Shown piece after piece: positions 46,231 to 51,642 of a stretch of DNA of 51,642 bases. The notes below the pieces were generated by a model. The model made no database searches. It had not been told where the DNA came from and worked only from the letters and a program-made list of their open reading frames with translations. The stretch is from the NCBI GenBank assembly GCA_904502135.1, contig CAJGDE010000001.1:1-51642 (forward strand). Direction: 5' to 3'. Position numbers and translations under genes: made by a program. Position 1 is the stretch's first letter, and each line of letters opens with the position of its first letter. This DNA is from Kiritimatiellia bacterium (GTDB lineage Bacteria; Verrucomicrobiota; Kiritimatiellia; RFP12; UBA1067).

Positions 46231-46321
46231 AATGGTGGTTATGTTTTGGTGTTAAGTGTAAGAAAGTATCGCCATAAAACTTGTTGAAAATCAATATTCT
46301 ATAGAAGAGCGGTTAAAAAAG

Positions 46322-47695
46322 ATGAAAGCAAAAGCGTGGAGACTTTACGGTGCGCATGACGCACGATTGGAAGATATTGAACTTGAGTGCGCAGGTGAAG
46401 ACGGCATCGTCGTAGAGATCGTTACGAATACGATTTGTCTTAGCGACTATAAAGGCGCATCTCTTGGCACAGGCCACAAGCGTGTTCCGAGGGATATCGA
46501 TACAAACCCGATAATGTTCGGGCATGAGGTTTCAGGCATCGTGCGCGAGGTCGGAGATAAATGGAAGAGTCAGTTTCGCGTAGGTCAGCGAGTAGGTCTC
46601 CAGCCCTCTCTTAATATACCTGGTCACGAACTGGAAACGGTCGGCTACGCTTGGCATACGATCGGCGGCGACACAACTCACGTTTATCTGCCGTCGATCG
46701 TAATGGAGATGGGGTGCCTTCTTCCTTATGACGGGGACGCTTTTTTCAAGTGTTCTCTCGCGGAGCCTATTTCCTGCATAGTATCGGCCTTTCGCACGAA
46801 TTATCACAACGCGTTCTGCTCGCACGATCTTGAAGTGGGCATCGTTGATAAGGGAACAATGCTTCTTATGGCGGGGTGCGGCGCGATGGGGCTCGGGTGT
46901 ATCGATATCGCGTGTCATTCGCCTGAGAAGCGCCCGCGAAGGCTTGTCGTGACAGATATCGACGATGAGCGCCTTACGCGCGCAGCGAAAATGTTCGGTC
47001 TTTCTTATGCCGAAGGCCGCGCCTCTGGCGAAATCAATGGGGTAGAGGTGCACTTTGTAAATACGAAGGGTAGGGCTGACCCTGTAAAAGAATTAAAGTC
47101 GTTTAATCTTGCAGATGACGAGCGCGCCGACAATCCTACATCAACAGGCGGCGGATATGACGATATATTTCTTTTTGCGGCTGTGCCTGAGCTTATTACG
47201 CAGTGTTCAGATTTGCTCGGTTTCGGTGGCTGCCTTAATTTCTTCGCCGGTCCCACCGATCAGAACCTGATGGCTTCGTTCAACTTCTACAACATCCATT
47301 ATATGATGCATCATATCGTGGCCAACTCGGGCGGAGATGTTAAGGATATGGCCGACTCTGTCGATTGGATCGGAAAGGGCTACCTGCATCCCGAGGTGAT
47401 GATAACCCATGTGGGCGGGCTCGACTCGGCGGCGGAGGCGACGTTTGATCTGATGAAGGTGCCAGGCGGCAAGCGTCTTGTATATACGCACATTCTTATG
47501 CCTATGACGGCGATTGCCGATTTTAGAGAGAAAGGCAGAAGCGATCCCTTCTTTGCAGAACTAGACCGCATCTGTTCTGCCAATAACGGGCTATGGTGTA
47601 AAGAGGCTGAAGAGTATCTTCTGTCCCACGCACCGAAAGTCGAGATCGGCGAACCTAAAGAGAAAGTGATCGAGCGCAGAATTGTGGTAAAATAA
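46322..47695 (+). CDS. zinc-dependent MDR-family dehydrogenase, L-sorbose-1-phosphate reductase (SorE)-like
   Basis: N-terminus KAWRLYGAHDARLEDIELE...GHKRVP...FGHEVSG..REVGDKW resembles SorE-type reductases as I recall them. 457 aa. Confidence 0.6.
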   Translation: MKAKAWRLYGAHDARLEDIELECAGEDGIVVEIVTNTICLSDYKGASLGTGHKRVPRDIDTNPIMFGHEVSGIVREVGDKWKSQFRVGQRVGLQPSLNIPGHELETVGYAWHTIGGDTTHVYLPSIVMEMGCLLPYDGDAFFKCSLAEPISCIVSAFRTNYHNAFCSHDLEVGIVDKGTMLLMAGCGAMGLGCIDIACHSPEKRPRRLVVTDIDDERLTRAAKMFGLSYAEGRASGEINGVEVHFVNTKGRADPVKELKSFNLADDERADNPTSTGGGYDDIFLFAAVPELITQCSDLLGFGGCLNFFAGPTDQNLMASFNFYNIHYMMHHIVANSGGDVKDMADSVDWIGKGYLHPEVMITHVGGLDSAAEATFDLMKVPGGKRLVYTHILMPMTAIADFREKGRSDPFFAELDRICSANNGLWCKEAEEYLLSHAPKVEIGEPKEKVIERRIVVK

Positions 47696-47706
47696 ACGGA
47701 AACGGT

Positions 47707-48663
47707 ATGAGAAAAAGAGTAAAGTTCTTTTGTCTTTGCGTCAGTCCTGCGATAGACGCTACCGTGACATTGCCGTCAGCACTGGTCGGCAAAGGCGAGA
47801 TTTTCAAGGATGTCCGCGACGAGGAAAATGTCGGAGGCAAGGCTTTTAATGTCGCGCGATGGCTCGCGATTCGCGGTGCGGATGTCGTTTGCGGAGGTCT
47901 TCTCGGAGAGGATAACGATATTTCGTTCGTTCGAGAAATGGAGCGCTACGGGATAGCTGACGGCTTTCTTCGCGTTCCTGGCTCGACTCGCCGTAACGAG
48001 ATGATCGTGTGGCCCGGAGGCTCGGTCAAGCTCAATCGCGCGGCGTTCCCTTTGATTGACGCGAAGATTGCGAACGGAAAATTAAGCGAAGATATTCTTG
48101 AAAGATTGATTGGTGAAGCTTCTTCGTCTCAAGGGATTGTGATACTTTCAGGTTCGCTGCCAGCGTCATTCGATAAGAGCTTTTACAATAAAGCGATTTC
48201 CTATTTCAAGTCACTCGGGATGACGACTATTTTAGATGCGAGTGGAGAGGCGTTTCGTCTCGGTCTTGAGGCAGGGCCCGATTTAATTAAACCAAATGCT
48301 GAAGAATGTGAAGCTGTTGTAGGGTTTGTGCCGAAAACACCTGAAGATTTTATTCGTGCGACTCGTCTTCTTTGTGAAAAATCACGCCATGTGATTATAT
48401 CTGACGGCGGAAACGGAGCATGGTTTGACGGCGAGTTTATTTCGGCTGCGAAGGTTGATGTCGTCGATACGACCGCAGCGGGCGATACGCTTCTTGCCGA
48501 ATACTGCTGGCGTTTTTTTGCCGAAGGAGATAACCTTACGTCGGATAACGCGAGGTGGGCTGTTGCAGCCGGTTCAGCCGCCTGCACGATGCCGGGCGGA
48601 GCTCCTGCGCCAAAACAGCTTGTTGAAAAACTTTACGGCAGTACAAAAGGTCTTAAACCATGA
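47707..48663 (+). CDS. PfkB-family carbohydrate kinase (1-phosphofructokinase/tagatose-6-phosphate kinase-like)
   Basis: NVGGKAFNVA N-terminal motif and the DTTAAGDTLLAEY ATP-binding motif. Confidence 0.75.
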   Translation: MRKRVKFFCLCVSPAIDATVTLPSALVGKGEIFKDVRDEENVGGKAFNVARWLAIRGADVVCGGLLGEDNDISFVREMERYGIADGFLRVPGSTRRNEMIVWPGGSVKLNRAAFPLIDAKIANGKLSEDILERLIGEASSSQGIVILSGSLPASFDKSFYNKAISYFKSLGMTTILDASGEAFRLGLEAGPDLIKPNAEECEAVVGFVPKTPEDFIRATRLLCEKSRHVIISDGGNGAWFDGEFISAAKVDVVDTTAAGDTLLAEYCWRFFAEGDNLTSDNARWAVAAGSAACTMPGGAPAPKQLVEKLYGSTKGLKP

Positions 48664-49601
48664 GAAGCGAAAAAACATCCGAACTGTTCTGCGGCGGCAT
48701 TGACCGTTGCCGCAGAGATTTCATTAAGGGCGCGGCGGCGTTTTCCGCCATGGCTGCCGGCGGGTGTCTTACCAAGAGCGCAAAAAAGTCCTTTTACGGG
48801 TCGACGATACGCGACAGGCTTTGGATGTGGGGGCACCATCCCGACATGTGCTCTGAATCGAACTTCGATTCGAAGAACAAGTCATGGAAGTGGAACGGTC
48901 CTTCGGTCGATCAGGCGCAAGGCTGCAGGATGATGGGCATTGCGAACAACTGCGTCATCCGGTGGGGCAACAAACCCGCGCATCCGTGGGGTGACTATTT
49001 CGAGCAGTTCCGTTCGCTCAGACGTTTCACGCTCGGAATAACAGACGGAGGCAACGGCACCGTTTGGGATAAAGTCGAATGGGCCGTCAATGAGCTTAAG
49101 CCTTCGTTTCCGAATTTTACAGGCGGATTTCTCGATGATTTCTTTATTGTGAAATCTTATACGCAGAATACCGCAGATCTGGCGAAAATAGCCGACCGTC
49201 TCCACGAAAACGACTTGCGTCTTTCGATCGTGGTCTATTCGGATCAGGATGGAATCAAGCCCGACTACAAAAAATATCTCGATCTCTGCGATGAGACGAG
49301 TTTTTGGTGCTGGCGTTCGAACAACCTCGGCAAGCACGAGTCAATGGTGCGCAGGATGAGAGATTTGATCGGCGGAGAAAAGAGCCTTCTTATGGGCGTA
49401 TATATGTGGGATTATACTCTCGGCGCGCCTGTTTCGCCCAAGCTAATGGAAATGCAGCTTGAATTTGCAGGCCGCCTGCTGCGGGAAAAGGTGATAACCG
49501 GACTTATCTTCCATCCGTCTTATTCGGCGGCGCTTGATGTGCCATCTGTCAATCTCGCCAAAAAGTGGATACGCGAAAACGGCGAAGTCGTCGTCTCGTA
49601 A
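48660..49601 (+). CDS. hypothetical protein with a twin-arginine (Tat) signal
   Basis: CRRDFIKGAAAFSAMAAGG fits a Tat signal. ATGA overlap with the kinase gene. I recognise no catalytic motif. Confidence 0.5.
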   Translation: MRSEKTSELFCGGIDRCRRDFIKGAAAFSAMAAGGCLTKSAKKSFYGSTIRDRLWMWGHHPDMCSESNFDSKNKSWKWNGPSVDQAQGCRMMGIANNCVIRWGNKPAHPWGDYFEQFRSLRRFTLGITDGGNGTVWDKVEWAVNELKPSFPNFTGGFLDDFFIVKSYTQNTADLAKIADRLHENDLRLSIVVYSDQDGIKPDYKKYLDLCDETSFWCWRSNNLGKHESMVRRMRDLIGGEKSLLMGVYMWDYTLGAPVSPKLMEMQLEFAGRLLREKVITGLIFHPSYSAALDVPSVNLAKKWIRENGEVVVS

Positions 49602-49633
49602 TCAGAGGGCGCGCATCTTCATGCGCCGAAATA

Positions 49634-49668
49634 TTTAGCGGTTAGTCGTTAGTCGTTAGTCGTTAGTG
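49634..49668 (+). repeat. tandem heptamer array TTTAGCG (GTTAGTC)x3 GTTAGTG in a 5' UTR
   Basis: Five consecutive 7-nt units ending 12 nt upstream of ATG 49681, immediately before a GAAGAAGG SD-like stretch. Confidence 0.9.
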
Positions 49669-49680
49669 AAGAAGGTAAAA

Positions 49681-51642
49681 ATGAAAATAAGTAAGATGAT
49701 AGTGTTGTCGTTGGTGGCTCTTGCAATATCGTCGCCGACAATTACCAATGCCGGTTTGCTTGTTGAGTGTGAACAATTTGCCGAAAAGGGCGGATGGTTT
49801 GTCGATTCGCAGTTTATTGATGAGATGGGGTCAAGTTATCTGCTCGCGCACGGTCTTGGAAAGCCTGTTGCCGACGCTGTGACGAGCATCGAAGTGAAAG
49901 AAAGCGGTCGTTACTGCGTATTCGCTCGCACCAAGAACTGGACCGCTCCGTGGAGCGTCCATCCTGCAGGAGTGTTTTCAATAGCCATTGACGGGAAGGA
50001 CCTTCATGAAAAAGTCGGTACGGCTGGTAATGGCGCATGGATATGGCAGAAAGCAGGCTCCGTCGATCTGAAAGCTGGGGTGCACGAACTGAGACTTCGT
50101 GACCTCACGGGTTTTGACGGACGTTGCGATGCTGTGTTTTTAGCGCCTGACGGTGAGTCGCCTCCCGAGGGGGCTCGGTGGACTGCCGCTGGCGCTCCTG
50201 ATGAAGTCGTTTCCGCCGATCTCGTCGTTTGTGGAGCAGGCGTAGCGGGAATTTGTGCGGCGATATCAGCGGCGCGTCTCGGAGTGAAGGTAGCGTTAGT
50301 CTCCGATCGTCCAGTTCTAGGAGGCGCCAATTCGTCGGAAGTGCGCGTGCATTTGGGCGGCAGGCTGAATATCGGCCCGTATCCGCGGCTTGGAGATGTA
50401 GTTTCAGAAATCGGTCCAGCCAAGGGTGGCAATGCAGGTCCGGCAGAGAGATATGAGGATGATCGAAAACTTGCTGCGGTGAAAGCTGAGACGAACATCT
50501 GTCTTTTTACGGGCGTACGCATCGTTGCTGCTGAGACGGAAAACTCAGTTATAAAAGCCTCAATTGGACGCGGAGTGGTCGATGGGCGAAAGATTCGTTT
50601 TGAGGCTCCTCTTTTTGCCGATTGCACTGGCGATGGTGCGCTCGGAGCCCTTGCTGGAGCAGATTTTCGGATTGGACGCGAAGGCCGCGATGAAACTGGG
50701 GAGAGTCTTGCTCCTGAAAAGGGCGATAAGCTGACTATGGGATCAAGTGTTCAGTGGAATGCCCGTAAAGAGGTGGGAGCGAAGTTTCCTGTTGAACCTT
50801 GGATGCTCAAGTTTACCGAGGAGAGTTGCTGCTACCTCAAGCATGGCGATTGGGATTGGGAAACTGGTATGAATCGCGACCAGCTCGGCAATTTTGAGTA
50901 TGTGCGCGATTACGGAATGCTGGCGGTTTACTCGAACTGGGCGTTCATCAAGAATTTCGGCAGGCGCAAGGCTGAGTGGGATGATCTTTCTCTTAACTGG
51001 GTAGCTCACGTCGCCGGGAAGCGTGAGACGCGGCGTCGTATGGGAGAACATATCCTCACCGAGCAGGATATCTTCGAGAATCGTCCGATGAAGGATGGCA
51101 CATGTTGGACTACATGGTCTGTCGATCTTCATTACCCGATGCCTGAGAACGCCAAGCACTTCCCGGAAGATCCTTTTCGTTCAATCTGCAAACACGCGAT
51201 TCATAGCGGCTATGCGATTCCTTACCGCTCGTTCTATTCCCGGAACGTTGCCAATTTGTTTATGGCGGGGCGCAATATATCCGTTACGCATGTGGCGCTC
51301 GGAACGGTGCGCGTTATGCGCACGACCGGCATGATGGGCGAGGTTGTGGGTATGGCTGCTGCTATCTGCAAGCGACACGGATGCCGCCCGCGCGGCGTCT
51401 ACGATCGATACTTGGATGAATTGAAAATATTGATGTCGAAAGGCGTGGGACTTGGAAAGGCGCAGCCTCCGCAGAAATATAATCTTGGCGGAATGAATAT
51501 TTCATCATGGATCGATTTCAACAAGAACGGAGTGAAGGATATCTATGAGGATTCTTCAAAGCCGATAGACGAACGTGTGGAGAATCTCCTTTCGCAGATG
51601 ACACTTGAAGAAAAGTCTTGTCAGATGGCCACGCTCTACGGA
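49681..51642 (+). CDS. secreted FAD-dependent oxidoreductase with an N-terminal beta-domain, continuing in frame into a GH3-type glycosidase N-terminus (3' end beyond the window)
   Basis: Hand translation of frame 1 from ATG 49681 gives 654 codons with no stop. It shows a signal peptide, the dinucleotide-binding motif VVCGAGVAGICAAISAARLG and ADCTGDGAL, and its last ~45 aa (DFNKNGVKDIYEDSSKPIDERVENLLSQMTLEEKSCQM) are a typical GH3 N-terminus. It is not in the ORF track because no stop lies within the window. Confidence 0.7.
   Translation, partial: MKISKMIVLSLVALAISSPTITNAGLLVECEQFAEKGGWFVDSQFIDEMGSSYLLAHGLGKPVADAVTSIEVKESGRYCVFARTKNWTAPWSVHPAGVFSIAIDGKDLHEKVGTAGNGAWIWQKAGSVDLKAGVHELRLRDLTGFDGRCDAVFLAPDGESPPEGARWTAAGAPDEVVSADLVVCGAGVAGICAAISAARLGVKVALVSDRPVLGGANSSEVRVHLGGRLNIGPYPRLGDVVSEIGPAKGGNAGPAERYEDDRKLAAVKAETNICLFTGVRIVAAETENSVIKASIGRGVVDGRKIRFEAPLFADCTGDGALGALAGADFRIGREGRDETGESLAPEKGDKLTMGSSVQWNARKEVGAKFPVEPWMLKFTEESCCYLKHGDWDWETGMNRDQLGNFEYVRDYGMLAVYSNWAFIKNFGRRKAEWDDLSLNWVAHVAGKRETRRRMGEHILTEQDIFENRPMKDGTCWTTWSVDLHYPMPENAKHFPEDPFRSICKHAIHSGYAIPYRSFYSRNVANLFMAGRNISVTHVALGTVRVMRTTGMMGEVVGMAAAICKRHGCRPRGVYDRYLDELKILMSKGVGLGKAQPPQKYNLGGMNISSWIDFNKNGVKDIYEDSSKPIDERVENLLSQMTLEEKSCQMATLYG

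Noticed and set aside
46232-46255. Mini-ORF MVVMFWC immediately after the TGGTATAAT box
   Set aside because: The first ATG is only 1 nt after the -10 box, too close to be in the transcript. The remaining ORF would be 4 codons. There is no evidence for a leader-peptide mechanism.
49608-49627. Hairpin GGCGCGCAT-CTTC-ATGCGCC after the Tat-protein gene
   Set aside because: It is an imperfect 6-7-bp stem with no U-tract. It may be a weak terminator, but the sequence alone does not support the call.
50004-50627. 207-aa minus-strand ORF, the only long track ORF in this stretch
   Set aside because: It is antisense to the 654-codon plus-strand FAD-oxidoreductase ORF. The track omitted that ORF because it has no stop in the window, and it carries clear FAD-binding motifs.
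1-51642. Search for mobile elements, defence systems, toxin-antitoxin pairs, retroelements, tRNA or rRNA genes
   Set aside because: I could not recognise any transposase, integrase, RT, Cas or restriction-type motif, terminal inverted repeat or tRNA-like T-loop in the translations or spacers. Apart from the repeat arrays, the window looks like core genome.

Overview
This 51.6-kb window is a gene-dense, mostly co-directional core-genome segment of a bacterium. I found no rRNA, tRNA, CRISPR array, transposase, integrase or recognisable defence system.

Taxonomy is inference only. The prepilin-type GFTLVELLVVIGILGIL protein, the secreted FAD-oxidoreductase and glycosidase-like proteins and the gene order suggest a PVC-group organism (Lentisphaerota, Kiritimatiellota or Verrucomicrobiota).

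Gene content, left to right:
- 3' part of an acyl-CoA synthetase, rpe, a HAD hydrolase, and yceD-like/rpmF/plsX
- leuS, thrS, ettA
- dnaK-groES-groEL
- metG
- an orphan T2SSF(TadC-like)/FHA/PEGA trio
- tlyA, deoA, a sugar-type ABC ATPase, nadA, galM, an Amidase_3 amidase, a ferritin-like/VIT1 fusion
- a GalU-like plus GHMP-kinase pair
- a zinc-ribbon protein, a pgsA-like gene, a pseudopilin, priA
- on the minus strand, der, a small ORF and a sigma-70-family-like protein
- the S10-spc ribosomal protein operon (rpsJ to rplO)
- a convergent glycosidase-like gene
- a SorE-like dehydrogenase, a PfkB kinase and a Tat-signal protein
- a 3'-open secreted FAD-oxidoreductase ORF that continues in frame into a GH3-type N-terminus

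The ORF track misses rpmF (59 aa) and that last ORF. Because the track accepts TTG and GTG starts, it over-extends many N-termini.

I see no clear-cut new multi-gene system. The signals most worth follow-up are:
1. A family of 7-8-nt tandem-repeat arrays. They build hairpins on both sides of groES, sit in a 5' UTR, and occur in frame in leuS and metG with 27 nt of identity between the two genes.
2. A consensus-perfect sigma-54 promoter in front of dnaK.
3. Recurrent TGnTATAAT-N7-9-ATG leaderless architecture.
4. An S10-spc operon with a promoter-plus-terminator leader, no rpmC or rpmD, and no secY after rplO.
5. The translationally coupled TadC-like/FHA/PEGA module.
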